Source of the DNA: Bernardetia sp. | GTDB taxonomy: Bacteria; Bacteroidota; Bacteroidia; Cytophagales; Bernardetiaceae | Assembly (NCBI GenBank): GCA_020630575.1 | Contig: JAHDBD010000016.1 | Coordinates: forward strand, 43,155-107,154 | Direction: 5' to 3' | Length of the DNA stretch: 64,000 bases | Shown: positions 38,401-50,710 of the stretch, in pieces | Layout: every line of letters begins with the position of its first letter | Numbering within the stretch: position 1 is the stretch's first letter | Notes under the pieces: generated by a model | Database searches by the model: none | What the model was told of the DNA's origin: nothing | The model's input: the letters and a program-made list of their open reading frames with translations, nothing else | Translations under genes and position numbers: made by a program

Positions 38401-39239
38401 TCTAGTGTTTGAACTTGGTTATTTTCTATAATAGCAATTCCTTCAGTCGTTCCGATATATAGTTTCGGGTTTTTATAATTTTCTTCATATAAAATTTCAG
38501 TAACATTATTGGTAGGTAAACCCTCTTTTTGAGTAAATTCTTTTACTTTTTGACCATCAAAATGAACTAACCCTACTCCAGTAATGGCAAAATAGATATT
38601 TCCTTGTTGATCACCTGCAATTTTTTTGACAGTAGTATTCTTATAGTCTGTTACAGCTCCTGTTGCATTTGTTATTCCTTGCCATTTTATTAACTTTTCA
38701 TTTTCCACAAAAAAAATTCCTTTACCTCTTGTTCCTAACCAAATTCGTTTGGGTTTATTATTTCTACTTTTTTCTATAAAAATAGCTTCTATACGTACAG
38801 ATAGAGTATCAAATAAAGATTCAATTTGACGGTTTTTATAATGCACGAGTCCATTTCCTTCTGAGCCTATCCAAATTTCTGATTCTTTGCCACTTTCATC
38901 TGATTCTACTTCTATTGCTGTAAAACTATTGGTATTAAATTCAGGATTAGTAGAGTTAGTATAAGTCTGAAAGTTTGCGCCATCAAACTTTACTAGTCCA
39001 TCATATCCTGTTACCCAAATAAAACCTATATCATCCTGAATAATATAATTTGTTGTATTTGAAGGCAATCCTTCAGCTGTTGTCCAGTTGGTAAGAATAT
39101 ATTGAGTAAGACTTTTATCAGGCAAAAGTCCTTGTTGGGCAGTCGTATTGAGCTGTGGCTGTGCATAAGAAACTACAGACAGACAACAGTACAATATAAT
39201 AGTTGTAAAAAAATTAATATAATATATTCTATTTATCAT
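35409..39239 (-). CDS. sensor protein-serine phosphatase: periplasmic two-component-regulator propeller repeats + Y_Y_Y domain, TM helix, coiled coil, GAF, PP2C/SpoIIE phosphatase
   Basis: It is 1276 aa with a signal peptide. It has ~12 'IW(I/V)GT..G(L/I)' propeller repeats. The Y_Y_Y-like 'VKFRYKMEGVDKDWISAEE...YTFKVEAYNEEG' is present, then a TM 'IAVFVLFLLILYFVY'. The C-terminal 'DVVSGDFYWLSHTPRGIYLVVSDCTGHGVPGAFMAMIG' is a PP2C/SpoIIE motif. Confidence 0.8.
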   Translation of the reverse strand: MINRIYYINFFTTIILYCCLSVVSYAQPQLNTTAQQGLLPDKSLTQYILTNWTTAEGLPSNTTNYIIQDDIGFIWVTGYDGLVKFDGANFQTYTNSTNPEFNTNSFTAIEVESDESGKESEIWIGSEGNGLVHYKNRQIESLFDTLSVRIEAIFIEKSRNNKPKRIWLGTRGKGIFFVENEKLIKWQGITNATGAVTDYKNTTVKKIAGDQQGNIYFAITGVGLVHFDGQKVKEFTQKEGLPTNNVTEILYEENYKNPKLYIGTTEGIAIIENNQVQTLEVASQDYINSIYIDNFSSMWIGTNNGLIRVTQDEKIERLNEENGLPHNIVRKVIQDKEKNIWLTCYKGGIVQLKQGKFTNYTTEDGFTNNSINVLEVFDENTILVGADFPQLNLIHKGNAMAFKYLIKNLKARIKAIQKAYDGSVWIGSDNGVVQLQKFDPLAKIPYTKEVFYNEKNGLSSNIIRTIFEDTNHNIWIGTRTGGITIISPSGEISYHNTETGFPSNFIMSINQDKDGIIWVGTNNAGIIKLKEKKQIEHLLAEQGLVSELIFSTYIDEENTVWATSTQGISKIKNGKVTNFTAKNGLPFSSVFDILEDKSGNFWCTTSQGIFVIAKKDFEKITKGEIDKLPFELFNKSDGMKENQCSGAAFSLKTSDEHFWFPTVGGVASIDPSSIPMNQIPPNIVINKMTVDGKSIVNNKELIILPAGTQRIIFDYSGLSFVRPSDVKFRYKMEGVDKDWISAEEERKATYTSLPPKKYTFKVEAYNEEGLKSEEVASLKFEIKPLLYQTITFKIAVFVLFLLILYFVYRWRVQRIEKRNQKLEKTVEQRTAEINQQKEEIQVQHERLESSYKNIDLVSKIGQQVTAELDIEIIIQTIYTQVTNLMPTDGFGIGIYNEFNNTLEFKYYIEKGELQPSSSDSLEDNTLLSVKSFNEKEDIWINDMESKYKHYKEIKEIRQDDLTSSLIYVPLFLNSKPAGVLTVQSFEKNAYTPESVSVLRALASYITIALSNAKSFSTIQKKNQEITDSIRYAQTIQHAVLPAKEKLDEILGANFLIYMPKDVVSGDFYWLSHTPRGIYLVVSDCTGHGVPGAFMAMIGISVFNELINLQKIEEPVDILEKLDQEIQIALQQQQAKNSDGMDLVLCRIENLQNNGKTKVTFAGAKNSLFYTKNDKIKRLKGSRRSIGGRRSKSNKRLFTQTSLELEKGEILYLTTDGYIDQNAPNEQRIGTQAFMERLESVQHLPLSEQKEVLLETLKDFQKNAPQRDDIAIIGVKI

Positions 39240-39463
39240 TTTAATTAAGTAATTGTTCTTACAATCTATTCTTTATATGTTAGTAGACAGAAACTTCAGT
39301 CCTGAAATTGCAAATCATTCTATTCAATAATACTAATTTTTTGTTGATTATCAAATTAGTTATTCCAATTCAGGCTTACTTTTCGATAAAAAACTCAAAA
39401 CAATGAGCATAAAAAAATCCTATCATCATTTCTGAAAATAGGATTTTTGCATTACATATTTTT

Positions 39464-40489
39464 TTAGATTCTTGGAGGATTGTAACCATCATCATCATTT
39501 CTACGCTTTTGAGGTTGCTCTTCTGGAGCTGCAATAGACTCACGCATAAGTGTATCAGCTTGCATATTGCGTAAACGTTGATAATCCATAATTCCGAAGT
39601 TTCCACTGCGTAGAGCTTCTGCTAATGCTTTTGGAACTTCGGCTTCTGCTTCAATTACTTTTGCTCTTGAAGCTTGTGCTTTTGCTTTCATTTCTTGCTC
39701 TACTGCAATCGCCATCGCTCTTCTTTCTTCGGCTTTTGCTTCGGCAACTCTAAGGTCTGCGTTCGCTTGTTCGATTTGAAGTTTTGCACCAATATTTTCT
39801 CCTACATCAATATCTGCAATATCAATAGACAAAATTTCAAAGGCTGTTCCTGCATCAAGTCCTTTTTCCAAAACTAGCTTTGATATTCTATCAGGGTTTT
39901 CTAAAACATCTTTATGAGAGTGAGAAGAACCTACTGCTGTTACAATACCCTCACCAACACGAGCCAAAATAGTTTCTTCACCTGCACCACCGACAAGTTG
40001 AGCAATATTTGCACGAAGCGTAACACGAGCTTTTGTGATAAGCTGAATACCATCTTGTGCTACCGAAGTAACTGCATTTGTTGTAATTACTTTTGGATTA
40101 ACAGAGATTTGAACAGCTTCAGAAACATCTCTACCAGCCAAATCAATTGCAGCAGCCTGTTTAAAACTCAAATCAATATTTGCTTTATCGGCTGCAATGA
40201 GAGCTTTTACAACTTCTTCAACGCTACCACCCGCCAAAAAGTGGGTTTCTAGATCAGAGGCTGTAATTTCTTTTAGTCCTGCTTTACTCGCATTAATAAG
40301 AGGCAAAACAATTTTACGTGGACGAACATTTCTAATTCGCATAGCTACTAGCTCTAATAAACCCAAACGAACTCCTGAGAAAATAGCTGTAATCCATAAA
40401 TTAACGGGAATGTAGGTTCGGATAACATAGGCAAGTCCTAATACGATTATACCGAGAATACTAAATAGGATAATCTGTTCTGTCGACAT
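39464..40489 (-). CDS. floA: flotillin-like protein FloA (SPFH/band-7, UPF0365)
   Basis: It is 341 aa. The N-terminal TM hairpin, '[27 protein letters not shown]', '[13 protein letters not shown]' and the C-terminal '[24 protein letters not shown]' are collinear with Bacillus FloA/YqfA. Confidence 0.85.
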   Translation of the reverse strand: MSTEQIILFSILGIIVLGLAYVIRTYIPVNLWITAIFSGVRLGLLELVAMRIRNVRPRKIVLPLINASKAGLKEITASDLETHFLAGGSVEEVVKALIAADKANIDLSFKQAAAIDLAGRDVSEAVQISVNPKVITTNAVTSVAQDGIQLITKARVTLRANIAQLVGGAGEETILARVGEGIVTAVGSSHSHKDVLENPDRISKLVLEKGLDAGTAFEILSIDIADIDVGENIGAKLQIEQANADLRVAEAKAEERRAMAIAVEQEMKAKAQASRAKVIEAEAEVPKALAEALRSGNFGIMDYQRLRNMQADTLMRESIAAPEEQPQKRRNDDDGYNPPRI

Positions 40490-41157
40490 AGTGTTTTTTT
40501 ATAATGTTTAAATGAAGTAGCAATTTAATAAATTGTTGTGAAACAAATGATTTTTTTATTTTAAAAAACTGATTCAAACCAAGATTCTATAAAACGTTTT
40601 TTCTAAAAAAGATATATTTACTTTAAACCCTAAACTAAAAAAATACTTTATAAAAACTAAAATCAAATCATATTAAGTAACTGAGCAAAATTATTTATAT
40701 ACAAATGGAATCTGTCTGACACCTCAAAGGTGTATTGACAGTTTAAACTTCCACTTTCTAATTTTTTTCTTAGATATGTTTTATTTTGCTCAGTTAATTA
40801 TTTATGTGCATTTAATTTATTAGTGTCATTACACTAAAAAAGGCGACATTTTTTGTAAAAAGAAGAATTTACAAATCCGACCTTAACAAACTGACCACAA
40901 TGCCTAACTTATCATACTTTTTACAACACCATTTATTGGTGCTAATAATTTTCTGTATCAGAATAATTTATATTTTTTTCAACTCTCTATATTACAAAAT
41001 ACAATTGACGTTTTTATTTAAAAATATTCATAAATCCATATAATTCACTTCTTTTTGAAAGAAAAATAAAATTTTTGTTTGAATTGTCATAAAAAATTAG
41101 AATTTTAGATGTTCTAATGCACAAATTCAATTTACAATTTAATTTTATCCCTCTTTA

Positions 41158-43419
41158 ATGGAAAATATCATTTATTTAGTACCTCTTTTTGGGGTTCTTG
41201 CGCTTATTTATACAGCCATTCGTTCGGCTTGGGTCAGCAAACAGCCTGCTGGCGACGAAAGAATGACCACAATTGCTCGCTACATTGCCGAAGGTGCAAT
41301 GTCATTCTTAAAGGCTGAGTACAAAGTTATGGCTGGTTTTGTAGTCATTGCTTGTTTGGGTTTGTTTTTCTTAGGAATGACAAATGCTAATTCACATCCT
41401 GCTATTGTAGGTTCATTTATTATTGGTGCTTTTTTTTCTGCATTAGCTGGTTTTATCGGAATGCGTATCGCTACAAAAGCGAATGTAAGAACAGCAGAAG
41501 CTGCAAAAACAAGTCTTTCTAAAGCCTTAGATGTTTCTTTTGCAGGTGGTGCAGTTATGGGAATGGGCGTTGCTGGTTTGGCTATTTTGGGAGTAGGCTC
41601 TCTTTTTATCGCTTTTTACTGGTATTTTGTGCAGCGTGTAGGCGCAGGAGTAAATGGCTTAGAAATGGAAATGGCTCTTGAAGTCTTGACAGGATTTTCT
41701 TTAGGAGCTGAAAGTATTGCCCTTTTTGCTCGTGTAGGAGGAGGAATTTATACAAAAGCTGCCGATGTAGGAGCTGACCTTGTAGGAAAAGTAGAAGCAG
41801 GAATTCCTGAAGATGACCCTCGTAACCCTGCCACAATTGCTGATAACGTAGGTGATAATGTAGGAGATGTAGCAGGAATGGGTGCAGACCTTTTTGGTTC
41901 GTATGTAGCTACTATTTTGGCTGCCATGATTTTGGGTAGAGAAATTAAAGTTTTTGATGAGTTCAATGGACTTTCTCCAATTCTTTTACCTATGATGATA
42001 GCAGGCTTGGGGGCAATATTTTCTATGGTTGGTGCTGCATTTGTTCGTGTAAAAGAAGGTGGAAATGTACAAACAGCTCTAAATATTGGAAACTGGGCTG
42101 CAATTCTGCTTACTCTGATTGCTTCTTATTTCTTGGTAACTTGGATGCTTCCTCAAACGATGAATTTTAGAGGTTTTGCATTCTCTTCAATGGGCGTTTT
42201 TTGGGCAATTGCAATTGGTCTTGCCGTAGGAGCAGCCATGTCTTACATTACAGAATATTTTTGTTCAATGGGAAAAGGTCCTGTAAACTCTATTATTAAA
42301 CAATCTGCAACAGGTGGAGCAACAAATATTATTGCAGGTTTGGCTGTCGGAATGCACTCTACAACACTTCCAACATTAGTTTTGGCTGGTGGAATTGTAG
42401 GAGCTTATGCAGTAGCTGGGTTTTATGGTGTTGCTATGGCAGCAGCAGGAATGATGGCAACAACAGGAATGCAGCTTGCCGTTGATGCGTTTGGTCCTGT
42501 GGCTGATAATGCTGGTGGAATTGCTGAAATGAGTCATTTAGCTCCCGAAGTGCGTGAGCGTACAGATATTTTAGATGCAGCAGGAAACACTACGGCTGCC
42601 GTAGGAAAAGGATTTGCTATTGCTTCGGCTGCCCTTACTTCGCTTGCTCTTTTTGCTGCCTTTGTTGGTATTTCTGGAATTAGTGCGATTGACCTCTACA
42701 AAGCTCCTGTTTTGGCTGGACTTTTAGTAGGAGCGATGATTCCTTTTGTGTTTTCGGCGTTGGCAATTTCTGCCGTAGGTCGTGCAGCTATGGAAATGGT
42801 TAAGGAGGTTCGTCGTCAATTTAGAGAAATTAAAGGAATTATGGACGGAACAGGAACACCTGATTACGACCGTTGTGTTCAGATTTCTACAAAGGCTGCC
42901 ATTCGTGAAATGATGTTACCTGGGGCGATTGCGATTATTGTTCCTATTGTTATCGGTTTCGGATTTAAAGGCGTTTTTGCAAATGTGAGTTCTGCCGAAA
43001 TTTTAGGTGGACTTTTAGCAGGTGTTACTTCGTCTGGAGTTTTGATGGCAATGTTTCAGTCAAATGCTGGTGGAGCGTGGGATAATGCTAAAAAATCTTT
43101 TGAAAAAGGAGTTGAGATTGATGGAAAAATGTATTATAAAGGTTCTGAACCTCATAAAGCTGCCGTTACAGGTGATACAGTAGGTGATCCATTCAAAGAT
43201 ACTTCTGGTCCTTCAATGAATATTTTGATTAAACTTATGTCTATTGTTTCTTTGATTATTGCTCCTCACATTAGCGTAAATGAAGGAAATCATTCAGAAT
43301 TAGAAATTCCTGTTCCAAAAATTATTCAAGTAGAGAATAATCAAAAGAATACGCAAAAATCTGATTTAGCTTTTAATTCTAATACTAGTAAAATTATTAT
43401 TTCTGATTTTAAGAAATAG
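41158..43419 (+). CDS. hppA: membrane-bound H+/Na+-translocating pyrophosphatase
   Basis: It is 753 aa and polytopic. The '[22 protein letters not shown]' and '[21 protein letters not shown]' V-PPase signatures are present. Confidence 0.9.
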   Translation: MENIIYLVPLFGVLALIYTAIRSAWVSKQPAGDERMTTIARYIAEGAMSFLKAEYKVMAGFVVIACLGLFFLGMTNANSHPAIVGSFIIGAFFSALAGFIGMRIATKANVRTAEAAKTSLSKALDVSFAGGAVMGMGVAGLAILGVGSLFIAFYWYFVQRVGAGVNGLEMEMALEVLTGFSLGAESIALFARVGGGIYTKAADVGADLVGKVEAGIPEDDPRNPATIADNVGDNVGDVAGMGADLFGSYVATILAAMILGREIKVFDEFNGLSPILLPMMIAGLGAIFSMVGAAFVRVKEGGNVQTALNIGNWAAILLTLIASYFLVTWMLPQTMNFRGFAFSSMGVFWAIAIGLAVGAAMSYITEYFCSMGKGPVNSIIKQSATGGATNIIAGLAVGMHSTTLPTLVLAGGIVGAYAVAGFYGVAMAAAGMMATTGMQLAVDAFGPVADNAGGIAEMSHLAPEVRERTDILDAAGNTTAAVGKGFAIASAALTSLALFAAFVGISGISAIDLYKAPVLAGLLVGAMIPFVFSALAISAVGRAAMEMVKEVRRQFREIKGIMDGTGTPDYDRCVQISTKAAIREMMLPGAIAIIVPIVIGFGFKGVFANVSSAEILGGLLAGVTSSGVLMAMFQSNAGGAWDNAKKSFEKGVEIDGKMYYKGSEPHKAAVTGDTVGDPFKDTSGPSMNILIKLMSIVSLIIAPHISVNEGNHSELEIPVPKIIQVENNQKNTQKSDLAFNSNTSKIIISDFKK

Positions 43420-43474
43420 TTTAAAATAGTTTAGAAATAGTCTGAGATAAGTTTTTGATGTATGACTTTTAAGC

Positions 43475-43513
43475 AAAAAACCTTTTACTTTAGGATAGTA
43501 AAAGGTTTTTTTT
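43475..43513. terminator. bidirectional intrinsic terminator between hppA and eno
   Basis: AAAAAACCTTTTACT-ttaggat-AGTAAAAGGTTTTTTTT. Confidence 0.65.
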
Positions 43514-43550
43514 ATAGTTGATATTTCTCCTATTGATTATTCTCTATTTT

Positions 43551-44948
<1,398 letters not shown>

Positions 44949-45348
44949 CTAAATCTATCTCTATCTTTAAGTTAGCTTAGTATTATTTGTGAAAATGTAG
45001 CAGAAAAAGATAGAAGTAGGTGTTTTAGATTTAAAAAATCTGAATAATTATTTGGATAAATCGTTTTCTAACTAGATTTTTGATTAAATTGAAACTAAAA
45101 CTATTTGCTTTTCTTAAAAGTTGAAGAAGTAGAAGTAACTTAAGAATAAATAATAGATACACTATTTTTATTGGTATTGCTACACTCAAACATAACAAAT
45201 ACTATATTATTTTTCTATAAATTAGATTTTTACAAGCTAACTTTATAGAAAAATTATCTTCTTAAAACAGCTTTAAAATAGATAACACATACTCACTAAA
45301 AGATTTTATTAGCTAATTTATGTTTGTTAGCTAAACCAATTTGAATTT

Positions 45349-46473
45349 ATGCGTAAAAAAATTAGAGAACGACTCAAAAAAACTTCTCATCGAATCCGTA
45401 ATCACAGACGAATAGAGGGTTTTGAGCGTTTTTTGGGAAATGTTCATTTTAGGAAAAACCCAGAATTTAATTTGTATTTAATTTTAGGAATTTTTTTTTC
45501 TAAGATACAAAAAGATGCCGTTCCTGACCGTGCCAGTGGGATTGCTTTTAATCTTACTTTAGCTATTTTTCCATTTGTAATCTTTTTGTTTACTCTTATT
45601 CCTTATTTACAAATTCCAGATTTAGAAGAACGTATCTTTACAGAACTCAATGCCATTGTTCCTAATGGAATTTACGCTTTTATAGACACAACCATTTATG
45701 ATATTGTCAGCAAACAGCGAGGAGGACTTTTATCTTTTGGTTTTGTGGCTGCACTTTTTGCTGCAACAAGTGGAACAATTGGTTTTATGGATGCTTTTAG
45801 CCGTTCACAGCGAATCATTGATAAGCGAAATTTTATCAAAAAAAGAATTACAGCTCTTAGCTTAACACTTATTTTTACAGTTCTTTTATTGCTTACCATT
45901 GTCTTAATTATTGTAGGCGAATACCTACTCAATTTCTTGATTTTTCATGACCTTATGAGTCAAGACGGACTCTATTACAGCATTCAAATTCTGAGATATA
46001 TCGTTGCCTTTTTGATTATTCTTCTTACCCTTTCTATGTTGTATCGTTTTGCACCAGCTCTTAAAATTCCTTGGCGTACGTATGGTGTAGGTGCAATTTT
46101 AGCTTCTTTTTCGTGTGTTGCTGTTTCAGTAGGATTTTCGTATTATATAAATTACTTTAATACTTATAATAGATTGTATGGTTCGATTGGAACTTTCGTA
46201 GGATTTATGTTTTGGCTCTTTGTTATTTCTTTAGTTATTCTTTTTGGTTTTGAGATAAATGTAAGCATAGAAAAAGCACGAAAAATAGCTGTCAGAAGGC
46301 GTAGAGTATGGCGAGAAAGCATAGCTAAAGATTTAGAACTACAAGACAAAGAAAAACAGGAAGAAGCAAAAATAATAAATGAACCACAAAAAGCAGAACC
46401 AGACAAAGAAACAGAAGCTGAAGAAAATAAAATTAAAGAAGAAACAGAAAATAAAAATGAAGAGAAAGACTAG
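45349..46473 (+). CDS. YihY/BrkB-family inner-membrane protein (formerly RNase BN-like) with acidic / K-rich C-terminal tail
   Basis: 'ASGIAFNLTLAIFPFVIFLFTLIPY' and six TM segments are typical of YihY. The last ~70 aa are low-complexity E/K-rich. Confidence 0.7.
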   Translation: MRKKIRERLKKTSHRIRNHRRIEGFERFLGNVHFRKNPEFNLYLILGIFFSKIQKDAVPDRASGIAFNLTLAIFPFVIFLFTLIPYLQIPDLEERIFTELNAIVPNGIYAFIDTTIYDIVSKQRGGLLSFGFVAALFAATSGTIGFMDAFSRSQRIIDKRNFIKKRITALSLTLIFTVLLLLTIVLIIVGEYLLNFLIFHDLMSQDGLYYSIQILRYIVAFLIILLTLSMLYRFAPALKIPWRTYGVGAILASFSCVAVSVGFSYYINYFNTYNRLYGSIGTFVGFMFWLFVISLVILFGFEINVSIEKARKIAVRRRRVWRESIAKDLELQDKEKQEEAKIINEPQKAEPDKETEAEENKIKEETENKNEEKD

Positions 46474-46608
46474 AAAATATTAGATTTAATACCAATCAAA
46501 TTAGAACTATACTTACCTATCTTATTTTACTGATGAGCGCATAAAAAAACTCTTTCCCAAACTGTCTTTTTAGTTTTGAGAAAGAGTTTTTCTTATATCT
46601 GAAGGAAA

Positions 46609-47325
46609 TTAATTTCCTCCACTACTTCCACCTGTTGTTGTTCTTAGTGGTTTTTTATAATCTTTGTTTCTAATTGATTCAATAAACTTCGACCAAGCAA
46701 ACGGATTTAGAAGAGGAATAGAAGGCGCAAAAAACTTATTATTTCTTGAATTGAGATTTTGTTGCATCAAATATCTATAATTCGAATTAGCATTCATTGG
46801 CATATTTGCAGCCATTTGATTAAGCCTTTCACTATCCAAATTTTCTTTCATTTGTTCTATAAGTGGGTCAGAAGTATTCATTGCCAAAACCATATCTTTA
46901 AATTCTGTCGAATTTTTATATGGCAAAACAACAATTTCATTTAACATCTGAATATTTTCTTTCAAATCTATCAAAACAGAATATAAAGGTTCTCCTCGCT
47001 TAGGAATCACTATTTGCGAACTTTTATAACCTACTGCACTTACCATAACAGTATCGCCTTCCATAGCTGGCATCGAAAAATAACCTAACGCATTTGTTAC
47101 ACTTCCTCGTCCTGCTCTAGGAATATAAATATGCACTCCCGAAACACCATACGAACTATCGCCCTCCACTACAATTCCTGAAAAACGAACCATTTGATTT
47201 TCTCCTTGTCCAAAGGAAAAAGATGAAAAATAAGTAGTAGAAATAAATAAAATTAGAAAAGTAATTCCATATTTTAGAATAGAATTTTTAATTGGAGTTT
47301 TTGTAAAATTTGCAATTTGGCTCAT
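46609..47325 (-). CDS. membrane-anchored protein with carboxypeptidase-regulatory-like (CarbopepD_reg) beta-sandwich domain
   Basis: 'VRFSGIVVEGDSSYGVSGVHIYIPRAGRGSVTNALGYFSMPAMEGDTVMVSAVGYKS' matches the CarbopepD_reg_2 pattern. It has an N-terminal TM helix. Confidence 0.5.
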   Translation of the reverse strand: MSQIANFTKTPIKNSILKYGITFLILFISTTYFSSFSFGQGENQMVRFSGIVVEGDSSYGVSGVHIYIPRAGRGSVTNALGYFSMPAMEGDTVMVSAVGYKSSQIVIPKRGEPLYSVLIDLKENIQMLNEIVVLPYKNSTEFKDMVLAMNTSDPLIEQMKENLDSERLNQMAANMPMNANSNYRYLMQQNLNSRNNKFFAPSIPLLNPFAWSKFIESIRNKDYKKPLRTTTGGSSGGN

Positions 47326-47500
47326 AGCTTATTTAGTTAGTGTTTCTTTTTATTTAACCAAAAATTTCATTCTAAGTAAAAAATTTTGAATCAATAATTA
47401 TGTTGAAAGTATTTTTTTAGTCAATTTATTCTACTAAGATAATAGATTTTTATATCCTTTTGTTAGGTTGGTTATAGATTTATGTTAGATTTTTATATTT

Positions 47501-48247
47501 TTAATTCAAATGATATAGAATTGTTTGTGCAAAGGGAGAAAAGTGAGCTGTTTTTTGATTCGCTTTCTGCAAGCCTTCATTTGTCCAACTATTACAAGTA
47601 TAGAATAAATGATAATTACCTTTTGCTTCAAAAAAATAATCAGAATCAGAATATCCTTTTTGTGGTAATCGAATAAATTTTGTCTGGTTAGTTATATGCT
47701 GCGCTTTACTTTCAGAATCTTCTCTTACAGTTCGGAAACTCATCGTAATATGTTGCAATAACTTCTGATATTCCTCTTTTTTTAACTTTATTTTCTTGCA
47801 TTTTTCATTTTCTAGTAGGTTATTTTTATAAAAATCTAAGTGCATAAGTGTTTCAGAGGGAACAAAAGCAGCATTCAAACACGCAGAAACAGAGGGGAAA
47901 CCTCCATTATAAGATTGATTATAAAAACCTTTATCTCCCCAACCAACAGAAAGCCATTTATAAGAATTAGTTCTTCCTAAATAAGAATTAAGGATAGAAT
48001 CTTGACTGAGAATTTTGAAAAAATCAGTTTCAATTTGAATAGGAATAACGATATCAGTATGGAATCCATTTGATGTCACATAAATCTCTACCTCATTTTC
48101 TTCTAAATTAGAGTTTGATAATTTTGGTTTTACAGTCCAAATATAGCCTCCAATAAGCATAAAGAGTAGATAAAAAGAAATACTAAAGAGAATCATTTTG
48201 AAACTCCAACGCAGAAAACAGAATAAATAGTTTTTTTTACGACTCAT
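47501..48247 (-). CDS. hypothetical membrane-anchored protein (DUF2459-like)
   Basis: A 248-aa ORF with an N-terminal TM helix. The 'YVTSNGFHTDIVIPI' segment is reminiscent of the DUF2459 / TIGR02117 family. Confidence in the family assignment is low. Confidence 0.45.
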   Translation of the reverse strand: MSRKKNYLFCFLRWSFKMILFSISFYLLFMLIGGYIWTVKPKLSNSNLEENEVEIYVTSNGFHTDIVIPIQIETDFFKILSQDSILNSYLGRTNSYKWLSVGWGDKGFYNQSYNGGFPSVSACLNAAFVPSETLMHLDFYKNNLLENEKCKKIKLKKEEYQKLLQHITMSFRTVREDSESKAQHITNQTKFIRLPQKGYSDSDYFFEAKGNYHLFYTCNSWTNEGLQKANQKTAHFSPFAQTILYHLN

Positions 48248-48357
48248 TTTTGTAAGAATTATTAAGTTGAGATTAAATTAATTTACTCACTAGATGTCAT
48301 AAGTTCAGAGAATCCATAAATTCAAATTATTGCTTACCTGTTCTTTTTTCTTGAACT

Positions 48358-48400
48358 CAAAAAAAGCCTTCACTAAAACGAATTAGTAAAGGCTTTTTTG
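48358..48400 (-). terminator. intrinsic terminator of ftsH
   Basis: On the minus strand: AAAAAAGCCTTTACTA-attcgttt-TAGTGAAGGCTTTTTTT (one mismatch in a 12-bp stem). Confidence 0.55.
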
Positions 48401-48431
48401 TATAAAAAACTAATTTAAGATTCAATATTAA

Positions 48432-50477
48432 TTATGTCAAAGGGTCTAGATTACCCTCTAAAACATCATCAAATCCATTTTTTGTATGTTTTTCATAGTT
48501 TGTTGGTTTATCAAAAGGACGTTTGCCAATCAATTTTTCCAAATCACTTTGAAATAATACTTCTTTTTCTAAAAGTTCTTTTGCAATTAATTCTAAGTGA
48601 TTTCTGTGCTTTGAAAGTAATTCTTTGGTAAAAATATATGCTCTTTCTACCATTTCTTTTACCTCTTCATCAATAATTTGGGCTGTTGCATCAGAGTAAG
48701 GTTTTCCTGAAAACTCTGAACGCTGTGCATCATAAAATGAAACATTACCAATTTTCGGATTCATTCCATAGACAGAAACCATACTATATGCCATTTTTGT
48801 AATTCTTTCAAGGTCAGATAATGCACCTGTTGAGATTTTACCAAAAGTAAGCTCTTCGGCTGCACGCCCACCTAAAGCCATACACATTTCATCAGTAAGC
48901 TGTTCGACAGTATATAAAAACTGTTCTTTTGGTAAATACTGTGCATATCCTAAAGCTGCAATTCCACGAGGAACAATAGAAACTTTAACCAATGGGTCTG
49001 CATGCTCTAAGAACCAACCAGCCACAGCATGTCCTGCTTCATGGTAAGCAACAATTTTCTTTTCTTCTGGAGAAATGATTTTGTTTTTCTTTTCTAGTCC
49101 ACCAATAACTCTATCAATGGCACTTTCAAAATCAATCATTCCAATTTCTTTCTTGTTTTCACGAGCAGCAATCAAAGCAGCTTCGTTACAAACATTTGCA
49201 ATTTCTGCACCTGCAAATCCAGGAGTTTGAGCAGCTAATTTTTTCGCATCTATTTCAGGAGCAGTTTTCAGAGGCTCTAAATGAACTTTAAAAATTGCTT
49301 CTCTTCCTTTAATATCTGGCTTATCAATACTGATTTGTCTATCAAAACGACCTGGACGCATCAAAGCACTATCCAAAACATCTGGACGGTTGGTAGCTCC
49401 TAAGATAATTACACCTGCGTCGGTAGAAAAACCATCCATTTCCACTAAAAGAGAGTTCAATGTATTTTCACGCTCATCATTCGAACCAGGTTGCTTTCCA
49501 CCACCACGAGAACGACCAATTGCATCAATTTCATCAATAAAAATAATACAAGGAGCTTTTTCTTTTGCTTGCTTGAACAAATCACGTACACGAGCAGCAC
49601 CAACACCTACAAACATTTCTACAAAATCAGAACCTGAAAGTGAGAAAAACGGAACACCAGCTTCACCAGCAACAGCTTTCGCTAGTAATGTTTTACCCGT
49701 ACCTGGAGGGCCTACTAATAGAACACCTTTAGGAATTTTTCCACCTAATTCTGTGTATTTTGTTGGCTGACGAAGGAAATCTACTACTTCTTCTACTTCT
49801 TGTTTGGCTTCATCTAATCCAGCAACATCTTCAAAAGTAATTTTTACTTTATTTTCTGTATCAAATAAAGAAACTTTAGCTTTTCCGATATTAAATATCT
49901 GCCCACCAGCTCCTCCACCTGTCATTCTGCGCATCAAAAACCAAAAAGCTACCAAAATAAGAATCAAGAATCCCCAAGTGAAGATTACTCCACTAAAATC
50001 AGCTTCTTGTCCTACATCATATTTTATACGTTTATCAGCAGGCAAATCAGCTTGAAGTTTATCAAAATCTTCTTTAAAACTCTCACCACTTGTAATATTT
50101 AAAAAATAATGAGGTGGTTTTTCGATAATTGCTCCAAAAGGATTTTTCTGTTTTAGCTCATTTGCATATTTATCTTTTTTAAGAGCTTCTTCTGTAAGTG
50201 TAAGTTCTACAATATTTTTATTTGTAATGAGTTTTACACTTTCAATATCTCCAGCACGAGCCATTTTATCAAAATCTTGTTCATAAGTTTTGATAGTCGT
50301 ACTTTGATTGAGATACCATGCTCCCAAAATCAATGCAATCAGAAGACCAGACAACCAAATTTGATAGTTACCTCCTGTACCTTTTGGTATATTATTACGA
50401 ATTGGATTCTTCGTGTTTTTGGTATTCTTTGTTCCCTTGGTGTCTTTTTCTGTTTTAGTATCTTTTTCTGTCGCCAT
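48432..50477 (-). CDS. ftsH: ATP-dependent zinc metalloprotease FtsH
   Basis: The AAA+ Walker A 'GPPGTGKTLLAKAVAGEAGVPF', the SRH region, the 'HEAGHAV' zinc site and the N-terminal TM pair are all present. It is 681 aa. Confidence 0.95.
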   Translation of the reverse strand: MATEKDTKTEKDTKGTKNTKNTKNPIRNNIPKGTGGNYQIWLSGLLIALILGAWYLNQSTTIKTYEQDFDKMARAGDIESVKLITNKNIVELTLTEEALKKDKYANELKQKNPFGAIIEKPPHYFLNITSGESFKEDFDKLQADLPADKRIKYDVGQEADFSGVIFTWGFLILILVAFWFLMRRMTGGGAGGQIFNIGKAKVSLFDTENKVKITFEDVAGLDEAKQEVEEVVDFLRQPTKYTELGGKIPKGVLLVGPPGTGKTLLAKAVAGEAGVPFFSLSGSDFVEMFVGVGAARVRDLFKQAKEKAPCIIFIDEIDAIGRSRGGGKQPGSNDERENTLNSLLVEMDGFSTDAGVIILGATNRPDVLDSALMRPGRFDRQISIDKPDIKGREAIFKVHLEPLKTAPEIDAKKLAAQTPGFAGAEIANVCNEAALIAARENKKEIGMIDFESAIDRVIGGLEKKNKIISPEEKKIVAYHEAGHAVAGWFLEHADPLVKVSIVPRGIAALGYAQYLPKEQFLYTVEQLTDEMCMALGGRAAEELTFGKISTGALSDLERITKMAYSMVSVYGMNPKIGNVSFYDAQRSEFSGKPYSDATAQIIDEEVKEMVERAYIFTKELLSKHRNHLELIAKELLEKEVLFQSDLEKLIGKRPFDKPTNYEKHTKNGFDDVLEGNLDPLT

Positions 50478-50710
50478 TTATAAAAAAGTATATAAGTAGT
50501 ATAATTTATAGGATTTGTTTTAGAATGAACTAAATACTAAATCTATTTTATATTTCGGTTTCTAATTGTATTCAACTATGAATCTAAATTATCGGTTATG
50601 TAAACGAAAAGTTAGTTCTATTGTTTGTAATCATTTTATCAAAAAAAGCACAAAACAGAATTATTCAAAATTCTGTTCTGATTTTTACCATTTTTTATAT
50701 CTATTCTGTT

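Noticed and set aside
49390-50055. Plus-strand ORFs antisense within ftsH
   Set aside because: They are embedded in FtsH. The P/S/A-rich composition is typical of the antisense of a GC-richer conserved gene.
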